This document shows, one piece after another, positions 26,912-39,724 of a stretch of DNA of 64,000 nucleotides. A model generated the notes under the pieces. That model saw nothing but the letters and a program-made list of their open reading frames with translations. It was not told the DNA's origin and made no database searches. Source of the DNA: the human T2T-CHM13v2.0 reference genome, Homo sapiens; assembly GCF_009914755.1 (NCBI RefSeq), contig NC_060925.1; one strand, 5' to 3'. The translations under genes were made by a program, and so were the position numbers. Numbering within the stretch: position 1 is the stretch's first letter; every line of letters begins with the position of its first letter.

Positions 26912-28062
26912 GTTGTGGTGCAGAAAATGATTTCCCAAAATATGGCAGTTGAGTATGTTGAGTGCTTTTAAGAATTGCGAGGACTCAAAAATAAACCCTA
27001 GAATCAAGGTCTCTCTAACTTGTCTCATTTCTCCCTCCCTTCAAATGCAAGATGGGCCCCTGTCTCCTCCCTGCTCTATGACAAAGGGTATATAAGCTTC
27101 TGTGCCCCATTGGGGGGTTGGAGTAACCACTCTGATATGGTTTGGCTGTGTCCCCACCCAAATCTCATCTTGAATTATAGCTCCCATAATTCCCATGTGT
27201 TGTGGGAGGGACCTAGTGGGAGATAATTGAATCATGGGGTGGTTTTCCCCATACTGTTCTCATAGTAGTGAATAAGTCTCATGATGTCTGATGGTTTTAT
27301 AAGGGGTTTCCCTTTTCACTTTGCTCTCATTCTCTCTTGCCTGCCACCAAGAAAGACGTGCCTTTTGCCTTCCACCATGATTGTGAGGACTCCCCGGCCA
27401 CATGGAACTAGGAGTCTATAGAGCCTCTTTTTTCTTTATAAATTACCCAGTCTCAGGTATATCTTTATCATCAGCATGAAAACAAACTAATAAACACTCT
27501 GTGATTCTCTCCCATGCACATTAATAAATATGTATGCATTTCTGGCTATTAGTCTGCCATTTGTCAACTGATTTTCAGGAAACTTTTAGAGGATAAGGTG
27601 AAAGTTTTTCCTTGGCCCTGCAAAAGTTGTCAGGGCCAAAATGGTGTCACCAAAGTTAAGAGAACTCTGGCAAATAAGAGCTAGGGAAGGCCATGAAGAG
27701 AGGGTTCTCATGCTTGTATGCTTGATAATAACAACCGAAAAAAATCTCTACAAAAAACACAACCTGGCACAAAGGCCATCACAATCACACAAAAAAATAC
27801 TTCTGCAGGACATATGACCAGCACTGTCTGTCCAACCTCAGGCTGGTGTCATACTTGTCATTGATCTTTGTAGCCAAGGATAATTATTTCAAGAACAATT
27901 GTGTAATGCTCCTCATTTCTTTTTTCTTTAGAAACCTTTGTCTTCCTTTAATTCAAATATACAAATAATTTACTATTGCATGTATATTCCCTTTGCAATA
28001 CTCTATTCCCAAATAAACATAATTTTCTTTTAGAAAGCCTCTCACTGTCATTTAGGTTGACA
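26912..28062 (+). mobile_element. Two adjacent ERV1/MER4-group LTRs (about 26912-27622, 27628-28062), the first split by a THE1 LTR
   Basis: TG...CA termini with internal AATAAA. Subfamily uncertain. Confidence 0.65.
27133..27494 (+). mobile_element. THE1B-like solo LTR
   Basis: TGATATGGTTTGGCTGTGTCCCCACCC start, perfect TSD cactc. Confidence 0.92.
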
Positions 28063-28304
28063 GCCTCTATAGTTTCCTATTCTGTCCTGCTGGTAACAGT
28101 ACCAGAAGAGGAAATCAAATCATTAGCATCTGCGTCTTCAGGGAAGAGTACAGTGTGGTGGAAGACAATCTTCCTCTTGGTGGAGGAAGAATAGAAGAGG
28201 TTTTGCCATTGGTGTTTAACTGGAGTAGCACAGATATTGCCAAAAAGACTTTCTCTTGTTAATTTGTCCTTTCTTGGCTAGGGGAAACATGCTTTTGTCA
28301 GCCC

Positions 28305-28346
28305 TGTGTGTGTGTGTGTGTGTGTGTGCGCACACGCATGCACATG
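28305..28346. repeat. (TG)n and alternating purine-pyrimidine tract
   Basis: About 12 TG units followed by cgcacacgcatgcacatg. Confidence 0.9.
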
Positions 28347-29832
28347 CTCATGCACGTGTACACCTATTGGTGGTTCTAGCCTGGGGGTTTCTGCAGTGTC
28401 CTATTCAGGATACACGGACACAATAAGGATACCCAGAGAATTCACTATCATAGCATTCCTTACATGCTGAGGTTCCTAAATCGCCCACATTTTCCCACCT
28501 TTAAGTATTTTCCTTTGCTTATCTGTTATGCTATTTCCAGGGTTATTTTAGTTGTAAGACAGTATATGAGAGAAATGAGGCTTCTCTCTCTTGGCTGGGA
28601 CCAGAAATCTCTGCTGAGTATGAACAAGACTTTCTAATCCTCATATTATTATTTTTTTGCTGTGATGGACTACATGCTTTTCTTTGAAACACATTTCTCT
28701 CTCAGTATTTACTACTGTACATTGTGAGTTTCCTCCTATCTTTTGGTCACTTCAAAGTGCCCTTCACTGTTTCCTCTTTGTCTGTAGCTCAGTGCTTCTG
28801 TTCTCCAAGATTCTGCCCTAAACACTTTCATCTTACCTCCTCTTCTCTTCCTCCACAGCCTCACCATCACCATATGTTGAAAACTGACAAATCATGGTCT
28901 CAAGTCTCTAATCCCAGTCCAGTTTGCACTGGAAACCTTCATCTGGTTGTCTCATAAACACCTTGCAACTTTGTTATCTAGAATGTAATTTATTGTCCAC
29001 ATGTGCATGTGCAAACAGATTTTCTCCCAAATTGACCCTTCTTTGTGCATTTCTGGACTTGGTCAATGACCCCATGACCCACCCAGGAATCCCACTCAGA
29101 AATATGGCAGTCACCTTGTTTCTCCCTTTATTCTAAACTCCAACACATCACCAAACTTTGGCCATTCTCCCTGCTAAATAATTCTCAAGTCCATCCCCTT
29201 GTCTCTGTTCCCTCTGGCAATGGCTAAAGCATTTGTTCAAAATCTCATTCCTGGATGATTCTAATAGTTTTCTAATTGGTCTACCTGTCTTTCTCCATTC
29301 CCACAGAGGCTCTAGAATGATCTTTTCAAAATGCAAGTATAATCAAGTCTGCCTAAATCCCTTCCTAATTCCTCATTAGCTCTAAAGAATGAATTCTAAC
29401 TCTAATTTCTCCAGCTCGTCTTCCACAATTTCCTCCATCCATGTCTGGAATCATGCTGTGATCTCTCAGACCCTACATTTTGTCTGTGATTTTGTTCACT
29501 GTCCTGTCTGCCTGAAGTATGAAATATCTTCCTCTCCTTCCCTCACCTGCACCCACCCTACCTAAACCAACCCTACTAGACCTACAAGATTCCAGTCACG
29601 TAATCTCTTCAGGGAAAATATTTCCCACTCCTCATTAAAGGTGCTTATCTTCCCTGTTTCTAAAACACCCTATGCATGTTAAATTGTTGACTTGCTTCTT
29701 TGCCTCCCATCTGGGATTCGGGAGAAACTCTGAGGAAGGTTCATTTTCCATCCTGGCATAATATGAATAGAGAACAGAAAGGTGAGCTCCTCCGCCCTTT
29801 GACTAGTCATCTTGGAGAAGAAGTGTACTACA

Positions 29833-30138
<306 letters not shown>

Positions 30139-30460
30139 CTACAGTGGTCAAGAGCCCTGACCTGGAGCAGAACAGTTGGGTTCAAATCCTGGCTCTGCTA
30201 CTTACCGGTTTTGTGACATTTATCAGTGTCCCCCCATCTGTAACACAGGCATAACAGTAACTTTTTTATTGGATAGTTGTGAGGATTAAAGTAAGAGCAT
30301 GTCAACGTGTAGAAAGATTATATACGTTCTACAGTTCAGAAACATTGGCGTGTAGATTATAAATATTTGCTATGTTAAAATATTTTTATTTGGGGGCAGG
30401 ACTTTGAGCTGCTCCACCCCACCCCCACCTCCTGCTGCCCACGCAAGAATCAGAACCACT

Positions 30461-32070
<1,610 letters not shown>

Positions 32071-32516
32071 CATTCTCAACTACCTACTTATATAAAGGTG
32101 TTACCCCAGGAACAAAAATTCTTTTTTAAACTATTACTTGTAACATTAAAAACATGTTCTTCCTTTTCTCAAGGTTAGTATTTGCCACTTGAATTTAATA
32201 ATCCGTTTGCTCACCTATTAGGAGCAACAATAAATGCAATACATTTTGAAGGAGAATTACCCTGGAGAATAACCAAGGTAGAGTAGTTTCTTTTAGAAGT
32301 AGATTTACTACATTAGGTACTTCAGCAAAGAATTGGTTTTTAGGAACAGAATTCATAAGAAGCTATATGGTAGAACCATTTGGGTATTTTCCAAGTGGTT
32401 GAGAATAATTGCTATGAAAATGAATAGGGAAATTTTAAAATAATTATTTAAAAACGAGCCACTGAATAGATCTTCTAAGCTTGAAAATGTCTATAGTACC
32501 ATGAAATCATGTTTAC

Positions 32517-32810
32517 GGCCGGGCGCAGTGGCTCATGCCTGTAATCCCAGCACTTTGGGAGGCCGAGGCAGGCGGATCACGAGGTCAGGAGATCGAGACC
32601 ATCCTGGCTAACACGGTGAAATCCCGTCTCTACTAAAAATAGAAAAAATTAGCCGGGAGTGGTGGCGGGCGCCTGTAGTCCCAGCTACTCGGAGGCTGAG
32701 GCAGGAGAATGGCGTGAACCCGGGAGGCGGAGCTTGTAGTGAGCCGAGACAGCGCCACTGCAGTCCAGCCTGGGCGAAAGAGACTCCGTCTCAAAAAAAA
32801 AAAAAAAAAA
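32517..32810 (+). mobile_element. Young AluY-like element
   Basis: CpG-rich, perfect TSD aaatcatgtttac. Confidence 0.95.
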
Positions 32811-33439
32811 TCATGTTTACGATTCCTTCTCAACAATGTGCTTCTCGTCTAGAAACACATACATTGTTCAATAGATATTTGTTCAATAATATTTTGTGGG
32901 GAAAAAAATCACTAGATTAAGAGCCTCCCCTGAACCTCTCCCAATTTAAAAAAAAAAAAAAAACTCTCAAAAGCAAGGATATGTATACTTTATTCCCTCG
33001 CTCAAAAAATTATGTTCAAATATAATCTCTTTAAAAACTCCCTTATGGGGGAGTCTCTCAAATATCATTCCTCCCCTTGTCTTTCATTCTGCTCCCTATT
33101 GCCTATATCCAGTATTTCAGAATATAGGAAGAGGCAGAAGGCAGAGGCTTGCTTTTCACCCGCTTCCTCTGAGACAGCAACACTGTGACCATCTTCCTCA
33201 AAGATGCCTGGAGTTCTTCGGGATGTCAGTTCAGGAAAGACACAAAACAGCTCTGTATTGCAGAGACCTCCCTAAAACACCCCCCTCCCATATTGGATAA
33301 TTTCAACATGGCAAGGACATCCATGTGTGAAGTTCTTATTGGAAACTTTTAACAGATATGGTTTAAATTTTAATACAATGGGCAATGTTTTGTTTTCTGG
33401 TGAGACAAATTCTTACAGCTGATTGCATGCAGGAAAAGC

Positions 33440-33445
33440 TTTATT
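33440..33445 (-). terminator. Polyadenylation signal AATAAA of DIRAS3
   Basis: tttatt on plus strand at the end of the AU-rich 3'UTR. A second candidate lies at 33595-33600. Confidence 0.65.
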
Positions 33446-34068
33446 AAGTCAATAAGCTGTTACACTTTTACAAACTGCTATGCAGAATACTCAAACATTT
33501 TTAAATGACATGAGAAACTACTAACATCTTTAGTGAGAGTCACTTTCACAATTTTCTCTGCTCCCACACCCCTAATGATCAACATATTCATTTTTTTATT
33601 TAGTATATGTCACGCAGCAATTTATCAAAAGCTTTTGTTGTGAAAACACTTTTCTTAAATACACAATTAAAAGATATGATTAAGCACTTACAGGATGTGA
33701 AATATTTAAAGGTAATACACAATAATCGGGTTACCAAAAGGACGCCTTCCAATTTTTCTTTCTATTCATTTTGATGTTTTGTTCTTTTCAAAACATTTTC
33801 TCTCATTACATTCATTACTAAAGGCCTTACTTTAAATACATCATGCTACATTTTGTTCTCCTCTTCAAATGCCAATGTTTTAACAATTTGAATTCTCTGG
33901 CCTGGGAAAAAGAAAAGTTATCCACTTACAAGGTATACGTATTGACAACATGGATGTTACAGTCCAAACAACAGCACAAAATCAACCATGTACATGTAAC
34001 ATAGTGAAATGAGTCCACGTTTTCTACACGCTACAGGATAGGAAGAGCTGGCTCTTAAGGCCCAGGGC

Positions 34069-34758
34069 TCACATGATTATGCACTTGTCAAGCAGCTTCT
34101 CAGTGGTGTTGGGCATCTGGGATTTCTTCTCGGGCTCCTGGAGGCCGGTGGTGGGCTTTTTCTTGTAATTCAGCAGCATGTGGAACAGCTCCTGCACATT
34201 CACATCGGTCTTGGCTGAAATCTCCATGAAGGCGCAATTCCACTCCATCGCACAGGTGGCACCATCATTCAGGGCCACCTCCCGGTGGGTGTCATCACTT
34301 TTATTGCCCACCAGCACGATGGGGAACTTATGCAGGTTGTTACCTTTGATCTTGCAGATCAGCTCATAGAAGGCCTTCAGCTCTTCCAGGGTTTCCTTCT
34401 TGGTGACTGAGTAGACCAGGACGAAGGCGTGGCCCCGGGCTATAACGTGGCGCTGCAGAGCGCGGTTGCCGTCGCCACTCTTGCTGTCGGTGATGTGCAG
34501 GGAAAGCACACCGTGGCTGCAGCCCAGCAACTGGCAGTAGGTATTTTCAATGGTCGGCAGGTACTCATGACGGAAGTTGCCGCTCGCCCACTTGTGCAGC
34601 AGCGTACTTTTCCCCACACCAGCGGTGCCGACTACCACGACGCGGTAATCTCTGATCTTCCTGTGGGGCTTGAAGGCGCGGAGGATAAGCAGGGCGGGCA
34701 GAAGCCGCAACCGCTTCAGCAGCTTCTGTTCCTTGGAGCCAAAGCTGGCGTTACCCAT
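34069..34758 (-). CDS. DIRAS3: DIRAS family GTPase 3 (ARHI/NOEY2), 229 aa, CDS within a single exon
   Basis: ORF from ATG at 34758 (context ACGATGG) gives MGNASFGSKEQKLLKRLRLL...DKCIIM. It has an N-terminal extension, G1 GTAGVGKS, effector YLPTIEN, variant G3 DSKSG, G4 NKSD, G5 SAK and CAAX CIIM. Matches the remembered human DIRAS3 sequence. Confidence 0.98.
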   Translation of the reverse strand: MGNASFGSKEQKLLKRLRLLPALLILRAFKPHRKIRDYRVVVVGTAGVGKSTLLHKWASGNFRHEYLPTIENTYCQLLGCSHGVLSLHITDSKSGDGNRALQRHVIARGHAFVLVYSVTKKETLEELKAFYELICKIKGNNLHKFPIVLVGNKSDDTHREVALNDGATCAMEWNCAFMEISAKTDVNVQELFHMLLNYKKKPTTGLQEPEKKSQMPNTTEKLLDKCIIM

Positions 34759-34790
34759 CGTTGGGATTCGGAGGGGAGATACGTGCACAA
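34130..34790. promoter_or_regulatory. Intragenic CpG island over the DIRAS3 CDS
   Basis: High CpG density across the coding exon, with TGCCGC at 34578-34583. Confidence 0.65.
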
Positions 34791-35480
34791 GTTCTCCCAC
34801 ACTTAGCTGGCAGCAGGAGACCCCTAGGAAGAAAGTGAGACGGTGAGAGATGGTAGTGGTAACCTACAATGTTGTCAGATCATGTCAGCCTGGCCAGCTG
34901 CTCCACTAGGACTCTGAAGAGAGTCCACCCTGTGACGTAAAGGGGTGCACACAGCGAGAAGAAAATTCCCAGGCACACAGTTCAGCCTGCTAGACCGAGG
35001 GACCAGCAGGTGATATATATTAAACAGACATGGTGGTTTGCTTTTTACCATCTAGAAAGTGCAGCAATACTACCTTTTGTTTTCTTTCCTTAAACTGTTT
35101 TATTAAATTCTCACTACACCCCTACAAGAAACACTCTCATTTCCTCGCTTGTAAAATTAAGATTTTAATTGAAGAGGACTGAACAGTCAAAGAGAAACAG
35201 GTGAGGGAATTTTCCCCACTCTATGGGGCTGAATGCCAAGGTGACATTTAGAGTGACACCGTCGCCCTGGTTAAAGCTACAGAGTCATCAGTACAGGAGA
35301 AAGGAGGGGGTTTTTGGTATCAGTGGTGTGGGATGTAGAGAGGGGAGGTACCTGCAGTCAGTGCAGCCCCAGAAGAGGCATGGGGAGCACCTTTGCTCTG
35401 AGCATGCTGTCACCATGTGCCACCAAGAGCTGAGGGAGGGGTCTTAGTTCATGAATCCTTAGTCACAATGACAGTGGAGT

Positions 35481-35481
35481 A

Positions 35482-35540
<59 letters not shown>
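35481..35540. repeat. A19(TA)n microsatellite in the DIRAS3 intron
   Basis: 19 A followed by about 20 TA units. Confidence 0.95.
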
Positions 35541-35543
<3 letters not shown>

Positions 35544-36160
35544 CCTTTCTCTTCAGGATCTAATCTCTGATTAGAAAAGATTGTAAATATTGAATGAGTT
35601 TTTCTACAGAACAGTGGTTTTTCTTTTGCCATGGCTACTACCTTTAACAAAGTACTTTTAATTCAGCCTTATGGAAATAGAGAAAATTTCAGGATTTGAA
35701 CAGTCAATGAACTTTTTGAGTTCAGGAATAAACATAGTAGATTAGGTTTGTAAGAAACTTTTCTCACAGGTATATCCTAAATACCAGACAGCTGCCCAGG
35801 GGGACTGCTTCAGAAGCATCCTAGGTCAGATGGAAAAAGTTCTAGGCACCATGCAGACAGACCACATAGCTGGCCTCTGGACAGAGGTAGGAATAGTACA
35901 AGGCAATGTCATTCCTGTGGCACTAGGTATAGAAATTTATACATGTTTCTAGGTGATGATGGTCCTTAAAATGCACTTCTCTTCAGGTACAGCTATGATT
36001 GTGTCATGTACAATACCAGAAAGAGAAGAGAGGCTTTTTGTGAATAGCACACTCCCTATATAAACTAGCCTGTCTTGCTGGCTGCGTAGTTGAACACATA
36101 CTCTCCCAGTACTGGGGAAAAGGACCCTTTTTAGAATGTGCAAGTCCCATGAGAGAGTAA

Positions 36161-36495
<335 letters not shown>

Positions 36496-37203
36496 CCATA
36501 TTAGAGTTTTCATTTGAAAAAAAAAAATGTTGTTGCTGGTTGTTATATCTTCAGACTTAACTTGCTTCTAATTCTAGTCTGGCTTCTTTAAGATAGTGTG
36601 ATTCTAAGAGTGTTCTAAACTTAAGTGGCAAAATTTAAGTAGATGATTTTATATTCTTGATTAAAGGGGGCCAGGGAGGTTAATACAGTAAATATTTGAA
36701 ATTGATATAAAATAAATACATACATATATCTAAACCATTCATTTTTGCAGCTTTCAGGTAAAATCTAGCACTTTATTCCAGTCTATGAGATGTGGTTAGT
36801 TGATATCATCTAATATTAAGTAATGACATCAGCTATCCAAATCCTGGGCACAATTCCTTTAGCAATGATGACCTTTAATAGAATTTAGCTTAAAAAACTA
36901 GGAGATTTCTGCTACAGTGATGCAATCTTTCACATCTTATTTATTAACAAAAATCAACAATCCAGCTTTCCTTAGGTCTTCACGCACTAAGAGTTCTCTA
37001 GTCACAGAAATCCTAGCCTTGTCTGCACTCTCCACAACTATTATAAACTCCATGTTAGTATCAAGAGTTCCAGTAAAGACCAAATATCTCTTGGCCACCA
37101 ACATCCCACATTAGGAAATGTGCATTACTAATTATTCTGTTTTACATTACTTCCTGCTCTAGGGGATGTATGTACAAATTCATTCATAGAAAATTGGTAA
37201 AGC

Positions 37204-37345
37204 AGCCGGGCGCATTGGCTCATGCCTGTAATTCCAGCACTTTGGGAAGTCAAGGTGGGAGGATCGCTTAAGCACAGGAGTTCAAGACTAGCCTGGGTAA
37301 CATAGGGAGACCGCCGTCTCTATCAAAAAGAAAATAAAAGAAAAA
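37204..37345 (+). mobile_element. FLAM (free left Alu monomer)
   Basis: Single monomer with A tail, TSD aaaattggtaaag. Confidence 0.88.
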
Positions 37346-38006
37346 AAATTGGTAAAGGACACACGTGATAACTGAAGTTTCCAGATGTGAAGAGAATTCT
37401 CATTCTCAGGCAGTGGACCCCCCCCCCCCCACTCCCCTCCACACTCCTTCCACCTTCCCAGGCCACCTGGCCTCAGGCTGAGGGGGAGGTGAAAGTTTCC
37501 AGGAACCAGAGGGCGTCCAAACCCAGCGGCCGTGCGGAGCTCAAGGTCCCGCCGCTGCTGTTGCGGCACCAGCCTGGCTCATGGACATCACCACGCACCT
37601 GCAAGGTCAGGTTTCTCTCTGGTGGCTGTGGCGGCTGCTACCCTCCTCGCCCATTTCAATCTTACTTTCACACTACATGACTCCACTATTACTTCCTGAA
37701 CACTAGCTACCTACGCAGCTGTAATAGTGGACACTGTGTCAACCTTTAAGCTCGCACACTTATCAAACCTCGTTCTTCTATATTAAAAAGTGCTAGCTTC
37801 CCAACGGGACTATCCAAAGTGCAGTTGCAGGACCTGCCAGGAGCCCGCAGGGCTGCGGGTGGTTCTTGCGTAATCGCGCCAAGAAAGACCTGGTTCCAGT
37901 TTCAGGGACAACTCGCCCATAAACTTCTACTGCGCAACAGCATCTGCTGCTTTGTCTGACACTTGTTGTTTTCAAGTACCCCTAAAAAAGCGAAAGAAAG
38001 ACTTAC

Positions 38007-38087
38007 CTTTCTCGGAGGCACGAACCAAGCAGCCTAGAAGACAAATGCGCTGCTCGGAGAGACTGCCGCGGCAACCAACTGGACACC
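38007..38087 (-). other. DIRAS3: DIRAS3 non-coding exon 1 (TATA-driven form)
   Basis: Consensus donor AAG|GTAAGT at 38007/38006. TATAAAA lies about 25-30 nt upstream of the inferred start. The implied intron 34824-38006 is 3183 bp, matching the known two-exon structure. TSS approximate. Confidence 0.8.
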
Positions 38088-38109
38088 CCAAGAGCTCACT
38101 CCTCCGCGG

Positions 38110-38116
38110 TTTTATA
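38110..38116 (-). promoter_or_regulatory. TATA box of the DIRAS3 proximal promoter
   Basis: Plus-strand ttttata reads TATAAAA on minus, inside CpG-rich sequence with GC boxes just upstream (38136-38151, 38292-38298). Confidence 0.75.
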
Positions 38117-38419
38117 TTCCGACTTGCGCACAGGAGCGGGGTGCGGGGGCGCAGGGAGTGTGGGTAACAGGCATAGATTCCGCTTGCGCAATACGTGGTA
38201 AGAAACCAGCTGTGAGGGGCTGGCCCAACGCAGAGCGGCGCGAGGTCCGCTTGGCATCTACAACAATCGAGGGGCTAGTCCAGAAGTTCAAGGCGGGGTT
38301 ACAGGTTGGGGAGGAACTGTTAAACTGTGGACTTTTTCTCACCTGTTGGAATAAGCTTCAGGCAAAACTTTGCCAACAAAAACCGGTCCAACTGATTTTA
38401 GACGAAAGTCCAAAAGCAG

Positions 38420-38912
38420 TTTAATGCAGGACAGATAATCTTTTCCACAAATGATACTGAAAAGACAGGACATCTATAGATTCCCCCCCGCCAAAAATAA
38501 CCCTTACATAAAAATTAAGTGGCTAGATATAACTGTGACGAGTAAAATTACAAAACGGTTTTAAAAAACAACAAACTATTGTCTAAGGCTAGGCAAAAGG
38601 TTCTTAAATTGACATTAGTGGCAAGACCGGTAAAAAGAAATGTTGATGAATTAGACTCCATAAATTTAAAACTTTTGCTTTGTGAAAGACCCTGTAACGA
38701 TACTGAAAAGGTTTACCTAGGAGAAAATATTTACAAGCCATATATCTGGCATACAACCAGTATCTAGAATATGTAAATAACTCAAAAATCAATTATTTTT
38801 AAAAATCCAATTAGAAAATAGTCAGAAGACATAAACAGACATTTCACTGAAGATATGCAGATGGCAAATAACCATATGAAAACCTTTAATGTCATTAGCC
38901 ATTAGAGAAATG
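38420..38912 (+). mobile_element. L1M ORF2 3'-region fragment between the two DIRAS3 promoter CpG blocks
   Basis: Colinear with the L1M at 23510-24040 (aatccaattagaaaat...tcattagccattagagaaatg). Confidence 0.8.
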
Positions 38913-38914
38913 GG

Positions 38915-39260
38915 AATACGAGGCTTTCGTTGTTCTTCGCCTCCCACTAGGGCGGGTTGAGGGTCTGGCTCCAGTAGCCCCGGGTGCCTCTCACTCCTTG
39001 GGCGCAATGCTACTATCCTGGCAGAACCCTCGCCGAACCCTCGCAGGACGCCCCATCGGGTCCGCCAGCGGCTAGGAAGCCCGATTGTGTCGTTCCTTTT
39101 TCCCTCTGCGCCTCCCACCGCCAGTCCCTTTTCCAAATGCGCCTGCGTCTGCCCTCCACATCTCCGAGCTCCGTCTGGCTTCTTTCTCCCTTGCCTGTGA
39201 GCGCCTGGCGGCGGATGCATTGAAAGCTGCGCACCACCGCCTACCGAGCGTTTTGGGGAG
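38915..39260. promoter_or_regulatory. Upstream CpG-rich block, candidate alternative DIRAS3 promoter/DMR
   Basis: Non-repetitive GC/CpG-rich block about 0.85-1.2 kb upstream of exon 1, bounded by an L1M fragment and Alu/LTR. Confidence 0.65.
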
Positions 39261-39460
39261 TGTGTGGAAGTTGTTGGCAGCAGGTTTTGACAGCAGTACC
39301 CTATGGGCCTAGTCGTTGACGGTAGCACCTGGTTTTGTGTGCCCCAGCCAGCTGAGGCCAGGGTGTGTGGTGTGGGCCACTGGTACTGCTCTTCTGCCAC
39401 TATAATCCCTCCCCCTACCAGGTACCTGGTGCGTAGAAGTCTAAAGACCTGTGAGGTCTA

Positions 39461-39724
39461 GCCTGGCGCCTGTAATCCTAGAGAATAAGGAGGTTGAGGC
39501 CAGGAGTTAGAGACCAGCCTGGGCAACATGGGGAGAACTTGTCTCTACTTTAAAAAAATTTAGCCCAGTGTGGTGGTGGCCGCCTGTAGTCCCAGCTATT
39601 TGGGAGGCTGATGTGGGAGGATCACTTGAGCCTCCCACATCAAGGAGATCGAGGCTGCAGTGAGCCGTGATCACAGCCACTGTACTCCAATCTGAGCAAC
39701 AAAGTGAGAACCTGTCTCAAAACA
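39461..39724 (+). mobile_element. Partly deleted AluJ-like element
   Basis: Alu motifs with a shortened left arm. Confidence 0.85.

Larger units (their letters stand above)
33420..34823 (-). other. DIRAS3: DIRAS3 last exon (65-nt 5'UTR part, CDS, about 650-nt 3'UTR)
   Basis: Minus-strand acceptor tctcactttcttcctag|ggg with AG at 34825-34824. The 3' end is approximate, inferred from the AATAAA at 33440-33445. Confidence 0.85.
37500..38300. promoter_or_regulatory. CpG-rich DIRAS3 promoter/exon 1 region (candidate imprinted DMR)
   Basis: Dense CpGs against a CpG-poor background. Contains TGCCGC/GCGGCA motifs, the C/EBP palindrome TTGCGCAA and GC boxes. Imprinting is prior knowledge, not visible in sequence. 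Confidence 0.8.

Noticed and set aside
34759-34800. 14-aa N-terminal extension of DIRAS3 in the ORF track (243 aa)
   Set aside because: It starts at GTG. The ATG at 34758 has a strong Kozak context and gives the known 229-aa protein.
34429-34806. 125-aa plus-strand ORF antisense to DIRAS3
   Set aside because: Shadow ORF of a GC-rich CDS with no recognisable domain.
38822-39400. 192-aa minus-strand ORF over the upstream CpG block
   Set aside because: GC-rich open frame running into antisense L1 sequence, with no homology I can recognise.
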